From assembly GCA_041856175.1 (NCBI GenBank), contig JBHAFM010000152.1, positions 19,460 through 83,459 on the forward strand: a stretch of DNA of 64,000 bases. The letters are read 5' to 3'. The DNA comes from Sediminibacterium sp. GTDB lineage: Bacteria; Bacteroidota; Bacteroidia; Chitinophagales; Chitinophagaceae. Shown here piece after piece: positions 29,810-38,326 of this stretch. Under the pieces are notes generated by a model that was not told where the DNA came from, did no database searches, and worked only from the letters and a program-made list of their open reading frames with translations. How positions within the stretch are numbered: position 1 is the stretch's first letter; every line of letters starts with the position of its first letter. The translations under genes were made by a program, and so were the position numbers.

Positions 29810-30181
29810 TTATTTAAACACGAATTTTTTTTGCATCAGGTAATTATAGGTGAACCCTACTACAATTGACACAATGATCTTTGACAAAACATAATTGACC
29901 CCGAGATAATGTGTTACCACATACACTCCGCTAGAGACAAGTAACAGGTTACCTGCCCACACTATGATGTATTTAACCGCCTGCCCCGATATTCTCTTTC
30001 CGGTCGCATCAAATACCCATTTCCTGCCCAGCATAAAATTGGCCATACCTCCGCAGATGGTTCCTGTTATACTTGCGGCGAGGTACCAGCAGTGAAAACA
30101 TTCTACCAAAATAATAGTGATAGAAAAATCCACTATGGTAGCTGTCAGTGAAGCAGTTTGCGCTTTTATAAAAGTAACCAT
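29810..30181 (-). CDS. GtrA-family membrane protein
   Basis: 123 aa with four predicted TM helices. The length and pattern are GtrA-like. Confidence 0.75.
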   Translation of the reverse strand: MVTFIKAQTASLTATIVDFSITIILVECFHCWYLAASITGTICGGMANFMLGRKWVFDATGKRISGQAVKYIIVWAGNLLLVSSGVYVVTHYLGVNYVLSKIIVSIVVGFTYNYLMQKKFVFK

Positions 30182-30184
30182 TGG

Positions 30185-30637
30185 TCAGAACAGGTTATAC
30201 CATACAATGATGTGTAAAAGCAGGTTAGTATATAATCCGGCAAGCAGGTCATCCATCATTACACCCCACCCGCCCGGGAGTAATTCTGTCTTGCGGATAA
30301 GCAGGGGTTTGGCAATATCAAAAAACCGGAACAGCACTAATCCTGCTATTATATATTTCAGTTCCACAGGAATCAGCAGCAGGCTTACACACATGCCAGC
30401 CGCTTCATCTATCACCACACGACTGCTGTCTTTTCCCCATGCTGGTTCCACTTTCGCAGCCGACCAGATCCCGGTAACCGTTACCAGTATTGTAACAATT
30501 ACGGCAACCCAATTAAAAGCACCCATTGACCGCGCCAGGTACCACACGATACAACATAGTGCAGCGGCGATGGTTCCGCCGCCCCTGGTGTACCCGATAC
30601 CCAGGCAACTGGCTACAAGTTGGTGCACTTTACTCAT
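30185..30637 (-). CDS. Phosphatidylglycerophosphatase A family protein (likely phosphatidylinositol-phosphate phosphatase)
   Basis: 150 aa, PgpA-like (DEAAGM, FRFFDIAKP). Its start overlaps the MIPS stop (ATGA). Confidence 0.85.
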   Translation of the reverse strand: MSKVHQLVASCLGIGYTRGGGTIAAALCCIVWYLARSMGAFNWVAVIVTILVTVTGIWSAAKVEPAWGKDSSRVVIDEAAGMCVSLLLIPVELKYIIAGLVLFRFFDIAKPLLIRKTELLPGGWGVMMDDLLAGLYTNLLLHIIVWYNLF

Positions 30638-31959
30638 AACGCTTCTACCAGGTCCTGGTAATAATCCAGTCCCAAATGCGTGATCAGGTCTTCTCCCATG
30701 ATATGACGCAAAGTATTCTGCAGCTTGATCAATTGTTTAAAAATATCGTGCTCCGGTCTCAGACCAGGTGCTGTTTGCGGCGATTTGAAATAGAACGATA
30801 ACCATTCCTGTATACCCGTCATATTGGCCCTTTTGGCAAGGTCCATAAACAATGCTAGATCCAATACGATTGGTGCGGCTAAAATAGAGTCGCGACACAG
30901 GAAGTTGATCTTGATCTGCATGCTGTATCCTAACCAGCCAAATATGTCAATATTATCCCAGCTCTCTTTATTATCGCCGTGCGGGGGGTAATAGTTGATC
31001 CGCACTTTATGGTACAATTCTCCATACAGATCAGGATTCATTTCCGGTTGCAGAATATCTTCCAGTACACTCAGTTTGGAAACCTCTTTTGTTTTGAAAT
31101 TGTCCGGATCATCCAGCACGAGCCCGTCCCTGTTACCCAGGATATTAGTAGAAAACCAGCCGCGAATACCTAAGGCCCTTGCGTGTAAGCCCGGTGCCAG
31201 TATGGTTTTCATCAGTGTCTGTCCTGTTTTAAAATCCTTTCCGCTGATCGGTGTTTCTGTTTCTTTTGCTAATTGCACCAGCGCAGGGATATCACAGGTA
31301 AGATTGGGCGCACCATTGGCAAAGGGCACACCTATACTGATGGCAGCGTATGCATAGATCATACTTGGGGAGATAGCAGGATCATTGTTCTTAAGGCCTG
31401 CTTCAAAAGCTTCAATGGTTTCATGTACAGCCGACTGTTCTGTATATTTTTCTGTAGAGCCGCACCATACAATCACCACCCTGCTGCAACTATTGGTGTC
31501 ACGGAAGTTTTCAATGTCAGCTATAACGGCTTTGGCAAGGTCATACTTGCTGGCAGCTTTTTTAATATGCTGGCCATCCAGGTTCTTTACATAAGATCTG
31601 TCAAACACCGCTTTCATGGGAACAATTGCTTCCAGCTCGGGTTTGATGGCCTGTAACAGGGCAGGTTCCAGGACTTTGGCTTTCATGGCAGCCTCATACA
31701 CATTGTCGCTGTACACATCCCATCCGCCAAAAGCAATTTTGTTCAGCTCCGTCAGCGGAACAAAATCCTTGATCAATGGGTACCGGTTCTCGGTTCTTTT
31801 ACCTAGACGGATATTACCCATCTGGGTCAGCGCACCAATGGGTTGTGCAATACCTTTATTAACGGCTGCAACGCCGGCGATCAGCGTAGTGGCAACAGCA
31901 CCTAAACCGGGCAGCAGCACGCCCAGTCTGCCATCGGCAGGTTGAATTTGTTCTTTCAT
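30634..31959 (-). CDS. myo-inositol-1-phosphate synthase
   Basis: 441 aa with full-length MIPS resemblance, including an NAD-binding N-terminus and the conserved SYNHLGN-like region NILGNRDG. Confidence 0.9.
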   Translation of the reverse strand: MKEQIQPADGRLGVLLPGLGAVATTLIAGVAAVNKGIAQPIGALTQMGNIRLGKRTENRYPLIKDFVPLTELNKIAFGGWDVYSDNVYEAAMKAKVLEPALLQAIKPELEAIVPMKAVFDRSYVKNLDGQHIKKAASKYDLAKAVIADIENFRDTNSCSRVVIVWCGSTEKYTEQSAVHETIEAFEAGLKNNDPAISPSMIYAYAAISIGVPFANGAPNLTCDIPALVQLAKETETPISGKDFKTGQTLMKTILAPGLHARALGIRGWFSTNILGNRDGLVLDDPDNFKTKEVSKLSVLEDILQPEMNPDLYGELYHKVRINYYPPHGDNKESWDNIDIFGWLGYSMQIKINFLCRDSILAAPIVLDLALFMDLAKRANMTGIQEWLSFYFKSPQTAPGLRPEHDIFKQLIKLQNTLRHIMGEDLITHLGLDYYQDLVEAL

Positions 31960-32039
31960 GTTGTGGTATTTGTAGCATTATTATTCCCCTATCAGGCAAA
32001 CTGTTTCAGGTAGAAGACGATTTGCCCGCCTGGTATATT

Positions 32040-32636
32040 TTAATTTTTCAGTCCGCGTATCAATATGCCTATCACCGTCTCCATCCTCGGTTCCATCCTG
32101 TTGTATTTATTTCCGATAAACATATCCCGCTCTAGTCCCCTCAGTGAACTGACAATGACAGAAGGCAGTATATCCAATTCTTTCTTAAGTGCTGATGCAA
32201 ACTCGCGATTCTTGATCCCGAAACTGAGAATGTCTTTCATCAGCCTGGTTTCCTGCTGGTCATATGCGTCGTACAGGTGTTTCTGGCAACGCATATTTTC
32301 CTGTATCTCCCCCCTTACAATCTTGTACAGGTTCGATTTTTTCTGAAGGGCTTTTATTTTGGTCAGTGCAAATGCTTTCAGTTTCTCTTCGGCGGTAAGG
32401 GCTTTGGCAACAGATTGTTTGACCATGTCAAAAACATCGTCCATTTCCCTGAGGATGACTGCGTCAAAAATCTCTTCTTTACTACAATAGTAGTAATAGA
32501 GGGTACTCTTTCCCTTTCCCATAGACCTGGCAATGTCTTCCATCGTGGTCTTCCTGAGGCCAAACTGCTGAAAGAGTTTCTGCGCTTCTCTCAGAATATC
32601 ATCCCTGATGAGCTCGTCTTTTGAGGTGACTATCAT
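32040..32636 (-). CDS. TetR/AcrR-family transcriptional regulator
   Basis: The HTH reads FGLRKTTMEDIARSMGKGKSTLYYYY. The start is trimmed to MIVTSKDE, because the longer ORF overlaps serC. Confidence 0.8.
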   Translation of the reverse strand: MIVTSKDELIRDDILREAQKLFQQFGLRKTTMEDIARSMGKGKSTLYYYYCSKEEIFDAVILREMDDVFDMVKQSVAKALTAEEKLKAFALTKIKALQKKSNLYKIVRGEIQENMRCQKHLYDAYDQQETRLMKDILSFGIKNREFASALKKELDILPSVIVSSLRGLERDMFIGNKYNRMEPRMETVIGILIRGLKN

Positions 32637-32706
32637 TTTCGACCAAATTCGTTTTTCGGTCCAAAAGTAGGCAAAAACAGAATATTTGCTGTACCGTTCA
32701 TCAAAA

Positions 32707-33777
32707 TCATCCTTTCTGTGAGGCAAAATGGCGCATCAGTCCGCAGAAAGCTTCTACGCTTGACAATGGCAAAGCATTGTACATACTAACACGTACTCCG
32801 CCTACGGTACGGTACCCTTTCACACCAATCATTCCTTCTTTTTTACATAATGCCAGGAAGGGCTCTTCCAGTGCAGGATCCTGCAGAAAGAAAACAGCAT
32901 TCATATAACTGCGGTCTTCTTTTGCAACCACCGGTTTAAAGACGGGCAGGCTGTCAATAGCGCTATAAAGCAGGTCTGCCTTGGCTACGCTGCGTCGCTC
33001 CATTTCAGCCAACCCGCCTTCTTTCAATATCCAGCGGAGTGTGAGCATGCTTACGTATACCGCAAACACGGGGGGAGTATTCATAAGAGAACCGGCTGCA
33101 ATATGTTTCTGGTAATCCATGATAACCGGTATACGGCGGGATACCTTGCCCAATACATCTTTTCGCACCACCACTAAGTTAACGCCTGCGGCTCCCATGT
33201 TCTTCTGGGCACCTGCATAGACCAGGGCAAATTTTTTGTAATCGGCAGGGCGGCTGAAAATATCGCTGCTCATGTCGGCCACCAATGGTATATCAGTTGC
33301 GGGATATTCGTGCCATTGGGTTCCCTCAACAGTATTATTTGTAGTGATATGCAGGTAGCTTGCATTTGGCGGAATGATGAAATCCTTTTTGATATAGCTG
33401 TGCTTCCTGTCCGATGTATCGGCCACCACTTCCACTTTACCAAACAGGGTAGCTTCTTTCAGGGCTTTATTGCCCCAGATGCCATTATCGCAATAAGCAG
33501 CGGTACCGCTTTCATCCAGCAGGTTCATAGGCACCTGCATGAACTGCGTGGTAGCGCCGCCATGCAGGAAAAGCACTTCATGATCATCGCCCAATTGCAT
33601 CAACTGTTTCACTGAACCCACGGCCTCATCCATTACTTCCTGGAACCAGGGTGTTCTATGACCTATTTCCAATACGGATAAACCCGTGTTATTAAAGTTC
33701 TGAATAGCTTCAGCAGCCTGTTCTATAACAGGTTGCGGCAGGATAGAAGGGCCGGAATTAAAGTTGTGCAGTTTCAT
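32707..33777 (-). CDS. serC: Phosphoserine aminotransferase
   Basis: The start is MKLHNFNSGPSILP, with class-V aminotransferase resemblance throughout. Confidence 0.93.
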   Translation of the reverse strand: MKLHNFNSGPSILPQPVIEQAAEAIQNFNNTGLSVLEIGHRTPWFQEVMDEAVGSVKQLMQLGDDHEVLFLHGGATTQFMQVPMNLLDESGTAAYCDNGIWGNKALKEATLFGKVEVVADTSDRKHSYIKKDFIIPPNASYLHITTNNTVEGTQWHEYPATDIPLVADMSSDIFSRPADYKKFALVYAGAQKNMGAAGVNLVVVRKDVLGKVSRRIPVIMDYQKHIAAGSLMNTPPVFAVYVSMLTLRWILKEGGLAEMERRSVAKADLLYSAIDSLPVFKPVVAKEDRSYMNAVFFLQDPALEEPFLALCKKEGMIGVKGYRTVGGVRVSMYNALPLSSVEAFCGLMRHFASQKG

Positions 33778-33830
33778 CTTCGATTGCTTGAGGCGCAAAA
33801 TTAGCAGTAAATCGTGAGACGTGGGTCATC

Positions 33831-34469
33831 TCACTCATGAACATCTGTAACGCCGCCCGAAACTGCATATTTCATAGCATCTGAAGCGCTGATATTATTG
33901 AGCGGCCTGATATGGCTCATAGGGACAATATAAGTGATCCCTGAAATAGCATAGGAGTGCGGAACATAAACAGTAACATGCGTATCCATTCCAAATTCGC
34001 GGGCAGATTGCTGGGTGATAAAGCCGATCCGCCAAACATCACTGGCATCTACATTCACCAATACCGGCTTATCGAATTTCTTTTTATTGCCTGCAAAAGC
34101 TTCAAGAAAATCTTTGACCGAGGAATAGATGAATTTGATACCGGGCGTTCTTTCAAGCACGGTATCCAACACTGCTACCAGCCGGCCCACCACAAAAATG
34201 GAAGATACCCATCCTACAAACAACACCAGTGAGACCACTACTATAAAACCCAATCCCGGCATCCTGCTTACGTTGCCTTCTGAATCTTTTTCCAGAAGAT
34301 TCGGGAACAGGGAATTGACTAAGTTCGGAAGAAAGCCATCCACCCACCTGAACAGGCCAATGACGACCCACAAAGTGATGCCAATGGGTGCCAGCACAAT
34401 CAGTCCCTGTAAGAAAAGCTGCAATAACTTTTTTGCATATGCGCTGGTACTCAACCGGTTCCGGCTCAT
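33831..34469 (-). CDS. DUF502 membrane protein
   Basis: 212 aa with two N-terminal TM helices, then the conserved FIYSSVKDF and RIGFIT pattern. Confidence 0.75.
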   Translation of the reverse strand: MSRNRLSTSAYAKKLLQLFLQGLIVLAPIGITLWVVIGLFRWVDGFLPNLVNSLFPNLLEKDSEGNVSRMPGLGFIVVVSLVLFVGWVSSIFVVGRLVAVLDTVLERTPGIKFIYSSVKDFLEAFAGNKKKFDKPVLVNVDASDVWRIGFITQQSAREFGMDTHVTVYVPHSYAISGITYIVPMSHIRPLNNISASDAMKYAVSGGVTDVHE

Positions 34470-34680
34470 TCGGTAGAATTTGAATGTAAAGTAAGCAAGA
34501 TTTTAATACGCTTAATTCATAATTGGCTGAGAATGTTTACCGATACAATTACTTAATTAACCCCAGGTTCGTCTTCAGGTAACATAGTTTTTTCTGCTAC
34601 ACCCGGTTCCATATTGCGTCCACTGCATGAACCAAATCCAAGCCAGATTGCTTCTTCGTAACCGCTTTGTGTCAGATTCG

Positions 34681-34796
34681 TGGATAAACCATAGACAAGC
34701 CATATATAAGCTATAGATAACCCATAGATAAGCTATTAAAAAACAGATATGGCTTATCTATGGGTTATCTATGGATTATAGCTGGGTTAATATCCA
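34681..34796. repeat. Symmetric array of 11-bp-phased iteron-like repeats
   Basis: A perfect 21-bp inverted repeat (34713..34733 and 34752..34772) flanks an 18-nt A-rich spacer. The left arm holds four tandem 11-mers (ATAGACAAGCC, ATATATAAGCT, ATAGATAACCC, ATAGATAAGCT). The right arm holds four inverted units (GGCTTATCTAT, GGGTTATCTAT, GGATTATAGCT, GGGTTAATATC). Confidence 0.85.
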
Positions 34797-35013
34797 ATAT
34801 GGCTCCAATCTGTACCGGCCCTGATAGTTCATAATCCTGCTTTATTTCGATGTCATCATTTGGCAGTACCCGTGCACATAAGCTTGTTTTAGGCAGGGTT
34901 GCTAAAAATATTCATCCGGAGGGCTTAAAATATCCGGTACGGTAAAACGTCAACCCTTTTACGTTCATCTCATTTTAAAACCGCTTAACACAAATTTTGG
35001 CTGAAACTGTTAA

Positions 35014-35041
35014 GGAAACTTGTGCAACGAAAAAAGTTTCC
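35014..35041 (+). promoter_or_regulatory. Candidate TetR operator (8-bp perfect inverted repeat)
   Basis: GGAAACTT-N12-AAGTTTCC ends 1 nt upstream of the -7 box of the TetR/efflux operon. Confidence 0.4.
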
Positions 35042-35042
35042 G

Positions 35043-35050
35043 TAGTTTTG
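35043..35050 (+). promoter_or_regulatory. Bacteroidota -7 promoter box, TAGTTTTG
   Basis: A perfect match to TAnnTTTG, ending 23 nt upstream of the TetR ATG at 35074. Confidence 0.5.
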
Positions 35051-35073
35051 CGCTTCCCCCCATTCAGACAGCT

Positions 35074-35703
35074 ATGGAAATACAGGAAAGAATTGTGACA
35101 AAAGCCCACGAGTTGTTTATGCGTTATGGTGTACGCAGTGTGAGCATGGATGAAATTGCCAATCATCTTGGCATGAGTAAGAAAACCATTTACCAGTTTT
35201 TCTCTGATAAAGACGCCCTGGTTGAAGCAGTTATAGACGTAGAGATTGCCAGTAGTATGCAGAACTGTGAGCGCTACCGGAATAAATCCGAAAACCCGGT
35301 ACATGAGATATTTATAGCGACTGACATGATTATGGAGTTACTGAAGAACAGGAGCGCTTCCCTTGTGTATGACCTTGAAAAATACCATACCGGAGCATTC
35401 CACAAGATCACTGAGCACAAGAACAAATTCATATACGAAGTGATTAAAAGCAATCTTGACAAAGGAAAAGAAGAAGACCTCTACCGCCAGGAGATCAATA
35501 CCGACATCCTTGCCCGTTACAGGCTCGCCACCGTTTTCCTATTGTTCAATCCGGAGATATTCCCATCCGGAAAAAACGATCTCTCGCATGTAATTGAAGA
35601 GATTACTGATAATTTTTTACGCGGGATTGTTACCGGCAAAGGACTCAAACTGATACAGAAATACAAACAACAAAGATTAATGCATAAAATAACCACCGTA
35701 TGA
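35074..35703 (+). CDS. TetR/AcrR-family transcriptional regulator
   Basis: The HTH reads YGVRSVSMDEIANHLGMSKKTIYQFF. The start is trimmed to MEIQERI. The stop overlaps the TolC start. Confidence 0.85.
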   Translation: MEIQERIVTKAHELFMRYGVRSVSMDEIANHLGMSKKTIYQFFSDKDALVEAVIDVEIASSMQNCERYRNKSENPVHEIFIATDMIMELLKNRSASLVYDLEKYHTGAFHKITEHKNKFIYEVIKSNLDKGKEEDLYRQEINTDILARYRLATVFLLFNPEIFPSGKNDLSHVIEEITDNFLRGIVTGKGLKLIQKYKQQRLMHKITTV

Positions 35704-37049
35704 GCAAAAGAAGAATAGAAAAAATGGTATGGCTATGTTGCCTGGTAGTATTAAGTGGTGCAGTCGCCGCACAAACACCGCCGGCTAAATATGTATTCGG
35801 CATCCAGCAAGCTGTTGCATACGCGCAACTGCATAATGTGCAGGTAAAAAACGCTTTATTGGATATGCAGATCCAGCAGCAGACCAATCGTGATATCACC
35901 GCTGCCGCATTACCTTCCGTAACAGGAAGTATCAACACCACTGATTATTTAAAGATCCCTACCTCCCTGCTTCCGGGCCAGGTATTTGGCCAGCCTGCGG
36001 GCACGTATATCCCCGTTCAGTTCGGTACCAAATATAATTCAACCGCAAGCATCCAATTACAGCAGGTATTGTTTGACGGGCAGGTATTCATCGGGCTGCA
36101 GGCCAAAAGCACTTCTATGGATTGGAGGAAAAAATATGCCGAGGTTACAGAAGAAACTATTAAAACCAATATCCACAAGATATACTACCAGTTAGTGGTA
36201 AGCAAAACGCAGTTAGACCTGCTCGATGCCAACATCAGCCGGTTAGGTAAATTAGCGCATGATACCAGGGAACTATACAAGAATGGATTTGCCGAAAAAC
36301 TGGATCTTGACAAAATTGCCGTGCAGCTCGCCAACCTGCAAACAGAAAAACTGAAAGCTACCAACAATATTGAAATAGGTTATTTAGGACTGAAAACACT
36401 GATGGGCATGCCTGTAAGAGACACACTGGTCCTGTCGGATAAACTGAATGAAGACCAGATCAGGGAAGACTTCTCGAATGATACCAGCTACCAGTACACC
36501 GATCGGAAAGACTTTCAATACCTGCAACTGACAAAGAAACTGAACGAGTTTAATATCAGACGTTACAAGTTGAGCTACTATCCTGTTGTATCCCTGACAG
36601 GCTCCTACAGTAAAAATGCGCAACGCAACGAATTCAGTTTTTTTGAGAAAGGAGATTGGTTTACCACTTCTTATCTCGGCCTGAACATTGCTGTTCCCAT
36701 TTTTGATGGTTTCGCAAAAGACTCCAGGATCAAAAAGTCAAAATTTGAATTGGCCCAGACGGAGAACCAGATCAGCAACCTGCAATTATCCATCGACAAT
36801 GAAGTGCTGCAGTCAAAGATTAACTTCAGGTCTGCTGTGTCGGCCATGGATTACCAAAAGAAGAACATGGACCTTGCAGAAACCGTGTACAACCAGACCA
36901 AAAAGAAATATGAAATAGGAACAGGATCCAATATTGAGATCACTTCGGCGCAAACGGACCTGATCACTTCACAAACCAATTATATTAACGCATTGTATGC
37001 TGCCATCATTGCTAAAGTGGATTATTTAAAAGCAATTGGCAAACTCTAA
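35700..37049 (+). CDS. TolC-family outer membrane efflux protein
   Basis: 449 aa with a signal peptide and two OEP-repeat halves. Confidence 0.9.
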   Translation: MSKRRIEKMVWLCCLVVLSGAVAAQTPPAKYVFGIQQAVAYAQLHNVQVKNALLDMQIQQQTNRDITAAALPSVTGSINTTDYLKIPTSLLPGQVFGQPAGTYIPVQFGTKYNSTASIQLQQVLFDGQVFIGLQAKSTSMDWRKKYAEVTEETIKTNIHKIYYQLVVSKTQLDLLDANISRLGKLAHDTRELYKNGFAEKLDLDKIAVQLANLQTEKLKATNNIEIGYLGLKTLMGMPVRDTLVLSDKLNEDQIREDFSNDTSYQYTDRKDFQYLQLTKKLNEFNIRRYKLSYYPVVSLTGSYSKNAQRNEFSFFEKGDWFTTSYLGLNIAVPIFDGFAKDSRIKKSKFELAQTENQISNLQLSIDNEVLQSKINFRSAVSAMDYQKKNMDLAETVYNQTKKKYEIGTGSNIEITSAQTDLITSQTNYINALYAAIIAKVDYLKAIGKL

Positions 37050-37084
37050 TTAACCAAACCAACAACAACCCTAAAACCTAGTAT

Positions 37085-38284
37085 ATGCAAAAGATAGTAC
37101 AACTGGTATTGATGGCAACAGCCATTACACTGGCGTCCTGCGGAGCCAAATCTGATGGCGCTACAGGTGAAAAAAAATCTCAATTGGAAGCGCTCAGGAA
37201 AAAACAGGCCAGCCTGACTGCTGAGATCGAAAACTTAGAAAAAGAAATTGCAAAAACAGATCCCGCTGCTGCTAAAGAAGAAAAAGCCAAGCTGGTAACA
37301 TTAAACACCATCGCCCCTGAAACTTTTATGCACTATATAGACCTTCAGGGACGGGTAGAAGCGATGAATATTTCCTATGTGGCGCCAAAGGGTGGTCCCG
37401 GTGTAGTCAGAGCCGTTTATATAAAAAAAGGTGATGTGGTGAACAAAGGGCAGCTCCTTTTAAAATTAGAAGATGCGATCCCCAAACAAAATGTCATTAC
37501 TGCTGAGCAAAACCTTGAAACGCTGAAAACACAATTGGCCTACCTGAAAACACTGTACCAGAAACAAAAAAACCTCTGGGAGCAGAATATCGGTACTGAA
37601 GTTCAGCTCATCACCGCAAAAAACAATGTGGACAATCTGGAAAGCCAGCTAAAAGCCAGCCAGGAGCAAATCAAGATCGCAAGGGAACAACTCAATTATA
37701 CGTCCATTTACAGCGACGTTAACGGCGTGGCCGAAGACGTAAACATAAGAGTGGGTGAAACCTTTGCCGGCATTGCAGGCACAGCACCTCAGATTAAGAT
37801 CGTAAACACTTCCGATCTGAAGGTAATTACTCAAATACCCGAAAACTATCTGGGCAAGGTAAATGCAGGTACTCATATAAAAGTAAGTTTCCCTGATATC
37901 AACAGAACACTTGATGCAAACATCAGTGTCGCAGGCAAAGTGATCGACCTGACCAACAGAAGTTTCTTTGCCGAAGCCAGGATCCCTTCAGACAAGGCAT
38001 TCCACCCCAACCAGGTTGCCCTGGTAAGGATACTGGATTACACAAAACCCAATTCAATTACTGTTCCTGTAAACACCATCCAGACCGACGACAAAGGCAA
38101 GTATGTAATGGTAGCAGCAAAAGAGAACGGAAGAATGATTGCAAAGAAACGCATGGTGTTGATTGGTGAGTTCTATGGCGATAAGATGGAAGTGAAGAGT
38201 GGTCTGCAAACCGGTGATATGGTTGTTACAGATGGTTTCCAGAGCCTGTATGAAGGCCAGCTGATCACTACTGATACCAAATAA
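37085..38284 (+). CDS. Efflux RND periplasmic adaptor (HlyD/MFP family), lipoprotein
   Basis: The lipobox is LASC, followed by a coiled-coil hairpin and barrel domains typical of MFPs. Confidence 0.9.
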   Translation: MQKIVQLVLMATAITLASCGAKSDGATGEKKSQLEALRKKQASLTAEIENLEKEIAKTDPAAAKEEKAKLVTLNTIAPETFMHYIDLQGRVEAMNISYVAPKGGPGVVRAVYIKKGDVVNKGQLLLKLEDAIPKQNVITAEQNLETLKTQLAYLKTLYQKQKNLWEQNIGTEVQLITAKNNVDNLESQLKASQEQIKIAREQLNYTSIYSDVNGVAEDVNIRVGETFAGIAGTAPQIKIVNTSDLKVITQIPENYLGKVNAGTHIKVSFPDINRTLDANISVAGKVIDLTNRSFFAEARIPSDKAFHPNQVALVRILDYTKPNSITVPVNTIQTDDKGKYVMVAAKENGRMIAKKRMVLIGEFYGDKMEVKSGLQTGDMVVTDGFQSLYEGQLITTDTK

Positions 38285-38326
38285 ATACGAATCGAACGAC
38301 GAGTAGTCACCACTTAAACTGATCCT

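Noticed and set aside
34553-34735. A minus-strand open frame of 59 codons, LIYGLSIAYIWLVYGLSTNLTQSGYEEAIWLGFGSCSGRNMEPGVAEKTMLPEDEPGVN, that overlaps the left arm of the repeat array.
   Set aside because: There is no ATG, GTG or TTG start until 19 codons from the end. The repeated YGLS simply reflects the 11-bp DNA repeats. It could be a decayed gene remnant, but I cannot support it as a CDS.
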